Notes: generated by a model from the sequence alone, not told the origin. A stretch of DNA of 64,000 bases from Spirochaetota bacterium (GCA_043803405.1 JAZDKB010000003.1:1-64000); one strand, 5' to 3'; numbered from the stretch's first letter, positions 18,090-28,933 are shown. Program-made: numbers and translations.

Positions 18090-19190
18090 ATGAAAGCTTC
18101 AGCAAGTTTAAAAAAGAAATATGACCTTCCGAATGAGCGCGACCTAAGCATTCTCATTATCGACGACGAAGATCTGGTGCTAAAAACCATTGAAGACATA
18201 TTGATTGTCTCAAATCCGAACTATTTTATTAAAACAGCCCGTACTGTTGAAGAAGCTCTGGAGTTAATTCAGAAAACCTACTGGGATACAATACTTTTGG
18301 ACCTCTCTCTGCCGGTAACAAAAGGTGAGCGCCCAAACTGCGATAACGGATTGTACCTGCTGGATAAATTAAGCAAAGAACTTAAAATCACGCCGCCTAT
18401 AATTGCCATGACCGGTTATGGGGACGATAAATTATCCGATATTGTTCTGGATAAAGGCGCCTATTACTTTCTGTATAAACCTGTAAAGGCAAAATCCCTT
18501 TCCGCCATAGTGAAAAACGCGACCAGGCTTCAGCAGGCCGGATTTGACGGCCTTACAGGGCTTTTAAGCAGAAAAACATTTGAAGAAAGATTAAAAATCG
18601 AATTTGAAAGAGTCAGAAGAAATAATGAGAAGAAAGGCAATCAGACTAAACAAAATACCTATCCGCTTAATTCATCATCTTATCTGACTTTGCTGTTTTT
18701 TGACGCGGATAATTTTAAAAACATCAATGACTCCTACAACCATTTAGTAGGGGATCAGGTGCTTAAAAAAATAAGCAGTCTGTTTATTGACGAAAACCTG
18801 TATAAATGTATCAATAGCGATCAGGAGCAGTCCCAGGGATATGTCAACATTATAAGGCCTTATGATATTGCTTCGAGATTCGGGGGTGACGAGTTTTCAA
18901 TATTTCTGCCTGAAACAGACCATCAGCAGGCTTTAATTATCGCCAAAAGAATACGCGAAATGCTGCTCGAGTTCAACATAAGGGAAATAATCGGGGATCA
19001 GGAAATCAAATCGGAAGCCGCAGGCATTTCACTTTCCATCGGTATTGCTACTTATCCGCAGCCTAATTATGTAGAAAACCATAAAGAATTAATCGATCTG
19101 GCCGACAGTGCTATGTATGCCTCCAAAGAGAAAAGAAAAGGAGAGATATTCGGATATAATCAAAAAGGCAAGATCGCATTGCTTGATTAA
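18090..19190 (+). CDS. Response regulator-diguanylate cyclase (REC-GGDEF)
   Basis: REC domain (IIDDE, LLDLSLP, MTGY, KPV), intact RFGGDEF, and RPYD I-site. Confidence 0.93.
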   Translation: MKASASLKKKYDLPNERDLSILIIDDEDLVLKTIEDILIVSNPNYFIKTARTVEEALELIQKTYWDTILLDLSLPVTKGERPNCDNGLYLLDKLSKELKITPPIIAMTGYGDDKLSDIVLDKGAYYFLYKPVKAKSLSAIVKNATRLQQAGFDGLTGLLSRKTFEERLKIEFERVRRNNEKKGNQTKQNTYPLNSSSYLTLLFFDADNFKNINDSYNHLVGDQVLKKISSLFIDENLYKCINSDQEQSQGYVNIIRPYDIASRFGGDEFSIFLPETDHQQALIIAKRIREMLLEFNIREIIGDQEIKSEAAGISLSIGIATYPQPNYVENHKELIDLADSAMYASKEKRKGEIFGYNQKGKIALLD

Positions 19191-19199
19191 TTTAATTTG

Positions 19200-19856
19200 C
19201 TATTTTAGTTTAAATGCGCGCCACATCATATTAGCCCCGCGGTTCAGATAATATCCATGTATTACATTTCCGTTTTCTTTATATTCTCCGTGAAATTCCT
19301 GTGTAAAATATCCGTGGGATCCGACTTTTTTTAACTCTTCAAGTGTCTCCACAGAGCGGATAAATCCGATTTTACCTTTATTGATCCACGGATTTTTAAG
19401 AGGCTCGAACGATCCATTCGCCCAGTCAGGGAAACGTACTGAACCGGTTACCTTCCCGTTTTTAATGCCCAGATAGAGATATCCCACATTGCCGGAAACA
19501 TCTATTTTATATTTTCCCAGATACCGGGATTCAAAAGTGCCGCCAGTGACATTCCCGTTATTATCGCCGGACGGAATTATTTCCATGTAGGCAATCTCGC
19601 GCAATGGAATAAAGCTGTAGGCATACTTATGTTCAATGCCGGCAAGAGCTTCTTTTCGTTTAGTATATTCAATGCTGTCTTTCCGGCAGAAAGCGTACTC
19701 TCCTATTACAAGCAAATGTTTTGCAGTATAATATTTCGAGTTTGTATTCGTAATAAGCACAACATGATCGGATGTCATTGAAACCGCAAACGGCAGCGCA
19801 AGTAAAATCAGTATTGCGATTAAAACAATCAGTAATTTAATAAATATTTTTTTCAT
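19200..19856 (-). CDS. Hypothetical exported or membrane-anchored protein
   Basis: Hydrophobic N-terminus from the ATG at 19856 (MKKIFIKLLIVLIAILILLALPF); no family recognised. Confidence 0.6.
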   Translation of the reverse strand: MKKIFIKLLIVLIAILILLALPFAVSMTSDHVVLITNTNSKYYTAKHLLVIGEYAFCRKDSIEYTKRKEALAGIEHKYAYSFIPLREIAYMEIIPSGDNNGNVTGGTFESRYLGKYKIDVSGNVGYLYLGIKNGKVTGSVRFPDWANGSFEPLKNPWINKGKIGFIRSVETLEELKKVGSHGYFTQEFHGEYKENGNVIHGYYLNRGANMMWRAFKLK

Positions 19857-20161
19857 TTTGTTACCAGGTATCTGTCCAATGGGAAATAACATAGTAAGCA
19901 GCAATTTTAAGGCGGCAGGAGGCCGCCGCAAGCTGCTTCTTTCAGGATGAATGCATTAGCGGCGAGAAAATTGCTGATTACTATGTTATTTCCCAGGCAT
20001 CTGTACGAGAAAATTTAAAAATTCTAACCAAATTATTATAATATAAATTTCCGTCTTGTCAAGGCACTAATAAAATAAATATATTTGCCCTTGACATTAT
20101 CGTATTTCATGTTAAATTATTTTTCCTGTATTAAAAATTATCTGTCCATTAAGGAAATATT

Positions 20162-22126
20162 ATGAAAAAATTATTTTTTATATTTTTATATATATTTAAT
20201 ATTGTTTTTTTAATTATTCCTGCAACATCGGAAAGCAGCGACTGGCCGATATATAAAGGCAACATATATTTTACCGGAAATAACGATGAGATCATAGTAA
20301 AAAACAATAATCTTAAATGGCTCTTTCAGGCTGACGAAAGAGCATTTAATCCGGTAGTGTCGGACGGAAGGGTATTCTTCATAGATCAGAAGGGAAATGT
20401 TTACAGCCTTGACGAAGAATACGGTAAAATGATATGGAAGATCAATCTTAATGAAATATCGCAGCAGTTCAAGGCTCTCTCCCGCTCTGCCGGTAAAGTA
20501 AAATATCCGCTTGTTAAAGACAACACGCTTTTCTTAAGCGATCCTGTTGCGATTTACGCCATAAATAAAAGGAACGGGGAAATTTACTGGGCAAGAACAG
20601 GAATGAGGCAGCAAAACACAAGGCCGGACATGTCCGGAAGATTATCTAAACCCATGGTGGACGGAATATACGCAGACCCTGTCATCCTTGACAACGAAAT
20701 TTATTACGGCACGCGCAATACATTCATTTCGCGCGAAATTAAAAACGGCCATGAGAAATGGATCAATGAAACTGTAAAGACATACAGCGGATTCCCCACG
20801 TTTTATGATGACCTGATATTTACCCAGTCAATGGATTTCGGGAAAGGGACTTTTATTGTTCACTGCCTTAAAGCAGACACAGGAAAGGAAGTATGGTCGC
20901 AAAACATAAAAAAGCCGACAAAGATATTTCCGCCTGTTGTTTACAAGCAGGCTGTTTATATTCCTTCGGAAAATACCATATACTGCCTTGACCTAAAAAC
21001 CGGCAATAAAATTTGGATCAAAGAGTATGCAGATATTATTACATCGATTCCGAGTTTTACAGACAGGTCGATATTATTCACTCTGGGAAACAAGGATATC
21101 GTTGCCATTGACCCTGCCGGCGGAAATATTATACATACAATTCTAATGCCGCCTAAATCCGGGCCGTATTTTGTCACGGTCAGGGATCAGCTGTATGTCG
21201 CCTACAATGCTAACGAACAGGTTAAAGAACGTGATGTTCCGTACGGGATTCTTAAGGCTGTTGATTTTGTTGAGAATAAAGTTTTGTGGACATACAAGAC
21301 CCCGTTCCCGGGCGCGGTGTCCCAGCCAAGCGCTTCGAATGGGATACTGTTTTTCCCGTGCGGGAACTATGTTTACGCGATCGGCACTGAATACTATGCG
21401 CGTATAGTTGACGGCGGTAGCGGGCATGCTGTTGTTCCCGATAAACCCGCTCTGAATAAAAACGGTGAAGAAGTAAAACCTGACCAGCCCAGGCTGTCCG
21501 GTGAAAAGCGTCCTGAGCCTGAAAAGATCAAAACAAGAAAAATGCAGGTTGCCATTACAGATAAAGACAATAACGGCCTGCCTGCGGAAGTTGAGATTAA
21601 AAAAAGAGATAAGGACAGGATAGTATATTCCGATAAAAGGCGAGTCGATAAAAGCGGAATTATTGATGTACCGGAAGGAGACGGGGTTGAACTCCTTGTA
21701 ACTTCAAACGGATATATACCGAAGAAAGAAATCATTAACAACAATGATAAAGACAAACGCATCATTCTCGACAGGATCGAAAAAGGAAAGGCATTTACTG
21801 TTGATAATGTCCTTTTTGAAATCAACAAGTGGTATTTAAAAAAAGAATCTGTTGATATTCTGGACAAGCTGATTAAAGTAATGAAAGATAAGCCCGACAT
21901 GCGGGTCGAAATACGCGGGCATACGGACTCGACAGGGGAAGCCGCTTACAACCAGAAGCTGTCCGAAAAAAGGGCTGACGCAGTAGTGGAATATATGATT
22001 AAGAACGGAATTTCGCCCGAACGGCTTAGCTCCGCGGGATTCGGGAAAACAAAACCGGTTGCTTCGAATGCTACTGAAGAAGGTAGAAGCAAAAACAGAA
22101 GAACGGAATTTTTTATTAAGAAGTAA
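20162..22126 (+). CDS. PQQ-like beta-propeller protein with C-terminal OmpA peptidoglycan-binding domain
   Basis: Signal peptide, repeated xxxGxxxW propeller blades, and RGHTDSTG...NQKLSEKRA...NRRTEF OmpA motif. Confidence 0.88.
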   Translation: MKKLFFIFLYIFNIVFLIIPATSESSDWPIYKGNIYFTGNNDEIIVKNNNLKWLFQADERAFNPVVSDGRVFFIDQKGNVYSLDEEYGKMIWKINLNEISQQFKALSRSAGKVKYPLVKDNTLFLSDPVAIYAINKRNGEIYWARTGMRQQNTRPDMSGRLSKPMVDGIYADPVILDNEIYYGTRNTFISREIKNGHEKWINETVKTYSGFPTFYDDLIFTQSMDFGKGTFIVHCLKADTGKEVWSQNIKKPTKIFPPVVYKQAVYIPSENTIYCLDLKTGNKIWIKEYADIITSIPSFTDRSILFTLGNKDIVAIDPAGGNIIHTILMPPKSGPYFVTVRDQLYVAYNANEQVKERDVPYGILKAVDFVENKVLWTYKTPFPGAVSQPSASNGILFFPCGNYVYAIGTEYYARIVDGGSGHAVVPDKPALNKNGEEVKPDQPRLSGEKRPEPEKIKTRKMQVAITDKDNNGLPAEVEIKKRDKDRIVYSDKRRVDKSGIIDVPEGDGVELLVTSNGYIPKKEIINNNDKDKRIILDRIEKGKAFTVDNVLFEINKWYLKKESVDILDKLIKVMKDKPDMRVEIRGHTDSTGEAAYNQKLSEKRADAVVEYMIKNGISPERLSSAGFGKTKPVASNATEEGRSKNRRTEFFIKK

Positions 22127-22176
22127 TATATTCGTACGGTCACCGCTTTCGCTCGACCGGTGCTGTCACAAAAGAA

Positions 22177-22202
22177 TGCCACGGAGACACTGAGGCACAG
22201 AG
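22177..22202. repeat. GCCACrGAGACACwGAG repeat, unpaired copy
   Basis: TGCCACGGAGACACTGAGGCACAGAG; same family as the copies at 28751, 30235 and 55526. Confidence 0.7.
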
Positions 22203-22210
22203 TTAAAACT

Positions 22211-22618
22211 CTATAAATTATAATCGCCTGCTGCTTCGGGCTGATATATTATATCTTCAATTAAATAATAAGCGTCTTCTCCATTTTGCAGGTGCACAAC
22301 TTCGCCTTTTTCATGGGCAAAGATTTCCGAACCGATATCGTCAAATATTGAAATTTTATTACTTTTAGGATCGGAATCGTCCGGGAATACAAGCACAAAA
22401 TCCCTGTGCATGCCATTGCCAAGGTTCTTAAGACGAAACTTGCTGTTCATTGTAATTACTGTCGGCTTGATTTTTCTTGAATCTATAAATTTTGCTTTTT
22501 TAAACTTTTCCTTAAGCCTTTCAATTGACCTGTAATACTCGAAAGGATTGATAAAACTCAAAACTTTCTGTATCCGCTCATAATCATATTTTGTAATTAG
22601 TCTTTTGGTATTGAACAT
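22211..22618 (-). CDS. Rnk/GreA-GreB C-terminal domain family protein
   Basis: VITMNSK...LVFP...NKISIF...IIYQPEAAGD pattern typical of Rnk. Confidence 0.8.
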   Translation of the reverse strand: MFNTKRLITKYDYERIQKVLSFINPFEYYRSIERLKEKFKKAKFIDSRKIKPTVITMNSKFRLKNLGNGMHRDFVLVFPDDSDPKSNKISIFDDIGSEIFAHEKGEVVHLQNGEDAYYLIEDIIYQPEAAGDYNL

Positions 22619-22858
22619 GATCCCATCCCGGAATTTAAAATTATTAAATAAAGGCGGTAATTTTCAAACCATTCTGTTTATATATAGAACCTAATCTCCC
22701 AAAAATGAATAAGATGCATCATAATAATTTATAAAACGTATAATAATTTGCAACGACAAAATATAAAAAGTTATTGAAAAAATAAATAATCTCAAATTAG
22801 TAAAAGGGGATCATATATACTTTTAGTCAATATTATACCTGCTGGGGATTATTTTTAA

Positions 22859-23773
22859 ATGAAAACAATCAGAATCGGGACAAGAGGCAGCGAACTGGCA
22901 TTGTGGCAGGCAAACTATGCGGCAGTTCTCATAGGCAGGGAAAAAACCGAAATAAAAATAATAAAAACTCAGGGCGATATTATACAGAATATTTCTTTTG
23001 ATAAAATGGAAGGCAAGGCTTTCTTTACAAAAGAAATTGAAGACGCGCTTATCCGTAACGAGGTCGACATAGCTGTCCATTCGTTAAAAGACCTTCCTAC
23101 TGATGAGCAAAACGGACTCAGTGTTGCCGCTGTTTTAAAGCGGGATGATCCTTCGGATATTTTATTGATCAGGAACAAGTGTTACAATAAGGATAATTTT
23201 CTGAATCTCTATGACAGGGCTATAATCGGCACAAGCTCAATAAGAAGATCGGCTCAGATCAAAAAAGCAATGAGTTCGCTGGAGGTTTTGCCGCTAAGGG
23301 GGAATGTTCCCACCAGGATACAAAGGCTGCGTGAAGGGAAATTTGATGCTATTATAATTGCGAGAGCAGGCATTAACAGGCTGAATATCGATTTAGAGAA
23401 TCTGGAAGATTTGAAATCGCTTACTCTTCCATACAGCTTTTTTCTTCCGGCGCCGTCGCAGGGAGCGCTTGCTTTGCAGATCCGCGATGCTGACAATTAT
23501 CTTAAAGAATATTTAATGCAATATAATGATACGGAAACATATAAAGCAATTACTGCGGAAAGAAGTTTTCTGAAATATTTCGGAGGCGGATGTAATATTC
23601 CCATCGGCGCATTAGCCTATATTGACGAAGGCACAATACATTTATCCGGATCAATTACCTCGCCTGACGGTAAAAATTCGCTAAGAAGCAATGTTGCAGG
23701 GGATAATCCTGAATTGCTCGGAAAACAGCTGGCGGAGATCCTGAAAGCTAATGGAGCTGACAAATTTTTATGA
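22859..23773 (+). CDS. hemC: Hydroxymethylbilane synthase
   Basis: IGTRGSELALWQ, AVHSLKDLPT, GTSSIRR, LRGNVPTR and GGGCNIPIG motifs. Confidence 0.97.
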   Translation: MKTIRIGTRGSELALWQANYAAVLIGREKTEIKIIKTQGDIIQNISFDKMEGKAFFTKEIEDALIRNEVDIAVHSLKDLPTDEQNGLSVAAVLKRDDPSDILLIRNKCYNKDNFLNLYDRAIIGTSSIRRSAQIKKAMSSLEVLPLRGNVPTRIQRLREGKFDAIIIARAGINRLNIDLENLEDLKSLTLPYSFFLPAPSQGALALQIRDADNYLKEYLMQYNDTETYKAITAERSFLKYFGGGCNIPIGALAYIDEGTIHLSGSITSPDGKNSLRSNVAGDNPELLGKQLAEILKANGADKFL

Positions 23774-25257
23774 AAAGCGGACTTGTATATTTGATAGGCG
23801 CAGGTCCGGGCGATGCCGGGCTTATCTCGGAAAAAGCACTGAAGATATTAGCAAGGGCTGACTGCGTGATTTACGATTATCTTGCAGGGAAAAGCCTTGT
23901 CGAAAACCTTAAATGCGAAAAGATATTCGTGGGTAAAAAAGGCAGTGAGCACACCATGCCGCAGGAAGAAATAAACAGGCTCCTTGTTGAAAAAGCAAAG
24001 GAGGGCAAGCTGGTTGCGCGTCTTAAGGGCGGAGACCCGTTCATTTTCGGCAGGGGCGGCGAGGAGGCCGAGGAGCTTTTAAGCGCTGGAATACGGTTCC
24101 GCGTTGTGCCTGGAATATCGTCGTTCTATTCCGCGCCCGCGTATGCAGGCATTCCTGTAACGCATAGGGATTACGCGAACTCCTTTGAGGTGATAACCGG
24201 GCACAGGAGAGGCGACTCGCCTGAAGAAGAAATCAATTTCCCTGAATTCGATCCGCAGAAAACATTTATTTTTATAATGGGGATGAAGAATCTTGACTAT
24301 ATTTCCCGCAAGCTGATTTCGGAAAAAAGTTTTCCCGAAGATTACCCTGCAGGTGTTGTGTCATGGGGGACAACGCCTGCTCAGTTGACTGTTACGGGAG
24401 TTCTTGGCAATATTGCGGGAAAAGCAAAGGCAGCCGGTATTGGAGCGCCTGCCATAATTGTGATCGGCAGGGTCGTGCTTCTGCGCGACAAACTCCGCTG
24501 GTTCGAGGATATGCCTTTGTTCGGCAAAAGGATTGCTGTTACGCGCACGCGCGAACAGGCGTCCGTGCTCGCAGAAAAACTGAGCGAGCTGGGCGCGGAC
24601 GCGATCGAGTTCCCGACAATCGAACTTAAAAGAAAGAATGACTTAACAGCACTTGTTACTGCGATAGACCATATTGAACAATATGACTGGATAATTTTCA
24701 CGTCCCAGAATGCCGTAAATATTTTCTTTGATAAAGTAACAGACTGCAATAAAGACGCAAGGTGCCTGCACAAGGCAAAGATCGCGGCAATCGGGCCGGC
24801 AACCGCGAATGAGCTAAGAAAATATTTTATTAAACCCGACCTTGTGCCCGAAGAATTTATTGCAGAAGGAATATTAAGAGAGATAATAAAATTTAAGATT
24901 AAAGATAAACGCATTCTATTGCCGTGTGCCACAGAAGCAAGGCCCGCTCTTAAAGACGGCTTGCTCTCTCTTGGAGCAAAGGTCGAGAGAATAGAAATTT
25001 ACGATACGATCGTCCCTGATAATATTTCAGAAGACGCGCTTTCTGCTGTTCAGTCTGCGGACATGATCACGTTTGCGAGTTCATCAACAGTGAAGAACTT
25101 CTTTAAGATCGTCAAAAAAACAAACGCGAAGCTCGCGTGCATAGGCCCTATAACTGCGGACGCCCTTAAGGCTCTGGGATACACGCCTGATGTCGTCGCG
25201 TCCGAGTACACTATCGACGGTCTTGTTGAAGCGATAGTGAAATACTATGCTGCTTGA
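23770..25257 (+). CDS. cobA: Uroporphyrinogen-III C-methyltransferase / uroporphyrinogen-III synthase fusion (CobA-HemD)
   Basis: GAGPGD, RLKGGDPFIFGRGGEE and AGIPVTHR, followed by a HemD domain (VTRTREQA, FTSQNAV, AIGPAT, FASSSTV). Confidence 0.95.
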   Translation: MKSGLVYLIGAGPGDAGLISEKALKILARADCVIYDYLAGKSLVENLKCEKIFVGKKGSEHTMPQEEINRLLVEKAKEGKLVARLKGGDPFIFGRGGEEAEELLSAGIRFRVVPGISSFYSAPAYAGIPVTHRDYANSFEVITGHRRGDSPEEEINFPEFDPQKTFIFIMGMKNLDYISRKLISEKSFPEDYPAGVVSWGTTPAQLTVTGVLGNIAGKAKAAGIGAPAIIVIGRVVLLRDKLRWFEDMPLFGKRIAVTRTREQASVLAEKLSELGADAIEFPTIELKRKNDLTALVTAIDHIEQYDWIIFTSQNAVNIFFDKVTDCNKDARCLHKAKIAAIGPATANELRKYFIKPDLVPEEFIAEGILREIIKFKIKDKRILLPCATEARPALKDGLLSLGAKVERIEIYDTIVPDNISEDALSAVQSADMITFASSSTVKNFFKIVKKTNAKLACIGPITADALKALGYTPDVVASEYTIDGLVEAIVKYYAA

Positions 25258-25412
25258 AACCATCGGCAGAGCGGCGAGTCGTTGAATGTTTATTTGAATA
25301 TCAATAGAATATTTTGATATGAAAGTATTACTCTTGATCCAGATGGAAACCGTATTGAGATTACTGCATTGCTATAAAATTAAAAATTATCATAATAAAG
25401 GCAAGAAAATCA

Positions 25413-27287
25413 ATGCTAAGATTAAGTATTATACTGATTTTAATAGCCGGCATGACTCAATGCTCAACCCTCCTTACAAAAAAGGACTATGCTGTTTCAG
25501 TTAGTGACCTTAAACAGTGGGACATACAAAAGACAATTAAGCATTTTCCGGAAGGAGAGAAAAATAAACTTATTACCGAAATGGAAAAGGCATATCTGAA
25601 CCTGCTTTGCGGAAAGCCCGGGATAGACGGCCTGATCGCTTACGCAAAAAAAGCGGATAATCAAATAAGGGTTAAAGTCTCAAGAGAATTAAAATCGTTT
25701 TTTTATATGGAAACGCCTGAGGGATATTACGCTTCGGAGCATGAAATAATTTGGCTTCACCTGTTATTGTCATGGGGATATTCGATGCGGGGAGAACGCG
25801 ACAAGGCATTCATAGAAGCAAAGATATGCGCCTTTCTACTGAGCAGCGAGTGGAGCGATGAGGGGCGGTTCGATGATCCGTTTATGCGCGTACTGCTTGC
25901 CGCGATGTGGGCAATGTGCGGAGAATGGGAAAAAGCGCAGATAGATTTCAGGGCCGCGCATAAGCTCGACAAGTCCATGCAATGGGCAAAAGCTTTCGGG
26001 GACATGGAGCAGGCGCCGGACAAACTGGTAATCATTTTGGGCGGGCCAGGGCCGGAACCGGAATGGCATCCGGATGTAAAATCGAACCCTGTCAGGGGAT
26101 CAAGGGGAATCAGGTTCCGTCCGCAGGGAATTAAAAGCAGCCTTGTTTTAAAAGATAAAAATAATTATAATATTAATCTCTATATTACCCCGGATTCATC
26201 GCACTGGTATAAACGTCATTTTATAAGGGATAACGAGATACAGGATCTTATTCAGGATACCAAATATGCGGAAAAAGTAGCCGGAAGCACTATGAAAAAT
26301 ACCGGACACTTTGCGCTTAATGTGGCAGGCGGGCTTCTGATCGCTGCCGGAGGCATTACACTCGGAGCAGGGGTTATGCTTATAGGACTCTATATTGAAA
26401 GCGGGGAACTGGCTTTACTTGGACTGGTACCGATGATCGGCGGCCCTGTTTGGGGATACAACTATATCCGCAAGTCATATAATAACAGAAGGAGTGATTT
26501 TAAAGAAGAAGCCGATCCGTCCGATAATTACAGATTTGTGCGTTTTCTGCCCGAATACGCCTGGGTCGGATGCGCTTTTAAAAAGCACGAAGACCCATTT
26601 ACCGCGTATAAAAACGGAAAGCCTGTTATTACATCCGAAACTTTTTCCTTTGCGCCAAATGTAAATAATGTATATATAGGATTTTTTCCTGATACTGCTA
26701 ATACTGCCATTAGCTTAAAGCCGCGCCTAACAATGGGACGTGCGGGACATCCGGATTCCACGGATGAGAAAGGAGATACTGAACTTTTTAATGCGATCAA
26801 TTCCAATGATATTGATTACGCAAAAAGAATAATTAAAACCGGGGCTGATATCAATCAATTAAACTATATGGGGATCAGCCCGCTTCATGCGGCACTGAAC
26901 CAGAAAAACTTTGAGATGGCAAAACTGCTTCTGGATAACGGTGCCAATGCTGACATTGTGGATTCAAGCAACGATACTCCGCTTAATATCGCGGTTGCCA
27001 ATGAGCGGGTTGAATTTACCGGCCTTCTCATCAGTAATGGCGCAGATGTAAACTATATGAGAAGATCGGGCTGGGCGCCACTGCACAGCGCGGTTTACTG
27101 GAACAATATGGAGATTGCATTGATGTTATTGAAAAAAGGCGCCCGTGTAAACGAACCAAGCGCGGGGCAATACAGGGAATTTCCGGACGGCACCACGCCC
27201 ATGCAGATTGCAGTTGCCAATAAGAATAAAGCAATAATTGATTTACTGAAGAAGTACGGGGCAAAGGAAGTGAAAGAAAAAAACTAA
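25413..27287 (+). CDS. Putative lipoprotein with C-terminal ankyrin repeats
   Basis: Signal peptide ending MTQC, a Gly-rich hydrophobic hairpin mid-protein, and 4-5 ankyrin repeats (GISPLHAA, DTPLNIAV, GWAPLHSAV, GTTPMQIAV). Confidence 0.8.
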   Translation: MLRLSIILILIAGMTQCSTLLTKKDYAVSVSDLKQWDIQKTIKHFPEGEKNKLITEMEKAYLNLLCGKPGIDGLIAYAKKADNQIRVKVSRELKSFFYMETPEGYYASEHEIIWLHLLLSWGYSMRGERDKAFIEAKICAFLLSSEWSDEGRFDDPFMRVLLAAMWAMCGEWEKAQIDFRAAHKLDKSMQWAKAFGDMEQAPDKLVIILGGPGPEPEWHPDVKSNPVRGSRGIRFRPQGIKSSLVLKDKNNYNINLYITPDSSHWYKRHFIRDNEIQDLIQDTKYAEKVAGSTMKNTGHFALNVAGGLLIAAGGITLGAGVMLIGLYIESGELALLGLVPMIGGPVWGYNYIRKSYNNRRSDFKEEADPSDNYRFVRFLPEYAWVGCAFKKHEDPFTAYKNGKPVITSETFSFAPNVNNVYIGFFPDTANTAISLKPRLTMGRAGHPDSTDEKGDTELFNAINSNDIDYAKRIIKTGADINQLNYMGISPLHAALNQKNFEMAKLLLDNGANADIVDSSNDTPLNIAVANERVEFTGLLISNGADVNYMRRSGWAPLHSAVYWNNMEIALMLLKKGARVNEPSAGQYREFPDGTTPMQIAVANKNKAIIDLLKKYGAKEVKEKN

Positions 27288-27338
27288 ATTTAATCTGATA
27301 TTTAATTTTAATGGGTCATTCAGGGATGATAGACAGAT

Positions 27339-27648
27339 CTGTCTCACGCTAAATATTTTAGTTGTGAATCGGGTATGCTCCCAGCCCCCTAACCCCCTGA
27401 AGGGGGCATAATTGGGAAGGTATTGAATCGACAATATTTTTTATTAGCGGTTAAAAGATTTAATACAGCAAATAAAGAATAAAGATATCAGATAATATAA
27501 TACATCTAGATAAAGATATAAGATATAATATGAACATTCCCGAATGTGCCCCCTTCAGGGGGTTAGGGGGCTGAAAGGGCAATTGCGATAATATCCAAAA
27601 ATGGTTGCAAAAAGCAAATAATAATAACAGATATTTAGTTTGAGGCAG
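27339..27648. mobile_element. MITE-like element, copy D (opposite orientation to copy A)
   Basis: Terminal inverted repeats CTGTCTCACGCTAAATAT / ATATTTAGTTTGAGGCAG, an internal perfect 27-bp inverted repeat (27382-27408 / 27547-27573), and GGGATGATA on both flanks (27323-27331, 27653-27661). Confidence 0.7.
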
Positions 27649-27728
27649 CCTTGGGATGATATGCGTGAGGGCATATATTTCCCAACATTCCGGGAAGAGA
27701 CAATTTAATTCACACAAGGATAATTATT

Positions 27729-28700
27729 ATGAATAATTTATACAGATCCCGCCGTTTACGGCAAAGCCAGATCATAAGAGACCTTGCCGCAGAAACCATA
27801 CCGGACAAGAATAAACTTATTATGCCGCACTTTGTCATTGAAGGCGCCAAAACACGCGAGCCGATTAAATCAATGCCAGGCATAGACAGGGTATGCATTA
27901 ATAATCTTCTTAAAGATCTGGAAAGCGACCTTAAGCTTGGGATAAACAAGATCATTCTTTTCGGCATCCCGCTTGAGAAAGACGAGGCAGCAAAGGGCGC
28001 GTACGATAAAAACGGAATAGTACAGAATGCTTTGCGCCGCATAAAGAAAGAGCTGCCGGAAATCTGCATAATAACAGACGTATGTTTATGCGAGTACACA
28101 AGCAACGGCCATTGCGGATTAGTAAAAGACGGAAAGATACTGAACGACCCCACTCTTGAACTGCTAGCGAAGACCGCGGTTTCGCACGCTGAAGCAGGCG
28201 CGGACATTGTTGCTCCCTCGGACATGATGGACGGCCGCGTGCTTGCGATCAGGGAAGCGCTTGATGGCGCCGGCTTTGCTGACGCAGCTATTCTCGCGTA
28301 CTCCGCAAAATACGCGTCCGCGTTCTACGGCCCGTTCAGGGACGCTGCCGGCAGCGCACCCGCGTTCGGGGACAGGAAGACGCATCAGATGGACGCGAGA
28401 AACGCTATCGAAGCGGAAAAGGAAGTCCTGCTCGATATTGACGAAGGCGCGGATATAGTTATGGTAAAGCCTGCACTTTCGTATCTCGATATTATACTTA
28501 GAGTGAAAGACATTGTTCGCGTGCCTGTATGCGCTTATAACGTAAGCGGAGAATATTCCATGGTCAAATACGCGGCAATAAACGGATTCGGCGATGAAAG
28601 GCTTCTGTGCGCTGAAATACTCACTTCGATTTTCAGGGCAGGCGCTGACATGATAATCTCGTATCATACAAGGGATGTTTTTAAAGGAAACTGGTTTTAG
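27729..28700 (+). CDS. hemB: Porphobilinogen synthase
   Basis: [14 protein letters not shown] zinc site, [15 protein letters not shown] and YNVSGEY motifs. Confidence 0.98.
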   Translation: MNNLYRSRRLRQSQIIRDLAAETIPDKNKLIMPHFVIEGAKTREPIKSMPGIDRVCINNLLKDLESDLKLGINKIILFGIPLEKDEAAKGAYDKNGIVQNALRRIKKELPEICIITDVCLCEYTSNGHCGLVKDGKILNDPTLELLAKTAVSHAEAGADIVAPSDMMDGRVLAIREALDGAGFADAAILAYSAKYASAFYGPFRDAAGSAPAFGDRKTHQMDARNAIEAEKEVLLDIDEGADIVMVKPALSYLDIILRVKDIVRVPVCAYNVSGEYSMVKYAAINGFGDERLLCAEILTSIFRAGADMIISYHTRDVFKGNWF

Positions 28701-28750
28701 ATAAGATTTTTAAAACTAAATTACCATAAAAGATAATTCATGAAAAATAT

Positions 28751-28879
28751 TTGCCACAGAGACTCAGAGGCACGGAGAATTTTTATTTAATAAAATTACA
28801 ATAGCATTAATAATATTCTTGTCAGTTAATATTTATATTAATTCTAATAAAGCTCTGTATCTCAGTGTCTCTGTGGCAA
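28751..28879. repeat. Paired inverted GCCACAGAGAC repeats (hemB-hemL spacer)
   Basis: TTGCCACAGAGACTCAGAGGCACGGAG (28751-28777) and CTCTGTATCTCAGTGTCTCTGTGGCAA (28853-28879) around an AT-rich spacer. Confidence 0.8.
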
Positions 28880-28933
28880 TTTTCAAACAACTCTTACTGG
28901 CAAAATTATAAATACTATTCAATAAACAATATC

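Noticed and set aside
27243..27717. Small minus-strand ORFs 27243-27434 and 27460-27717
   Set aside because: They are translations of the MITE-like element with no protein-like features.
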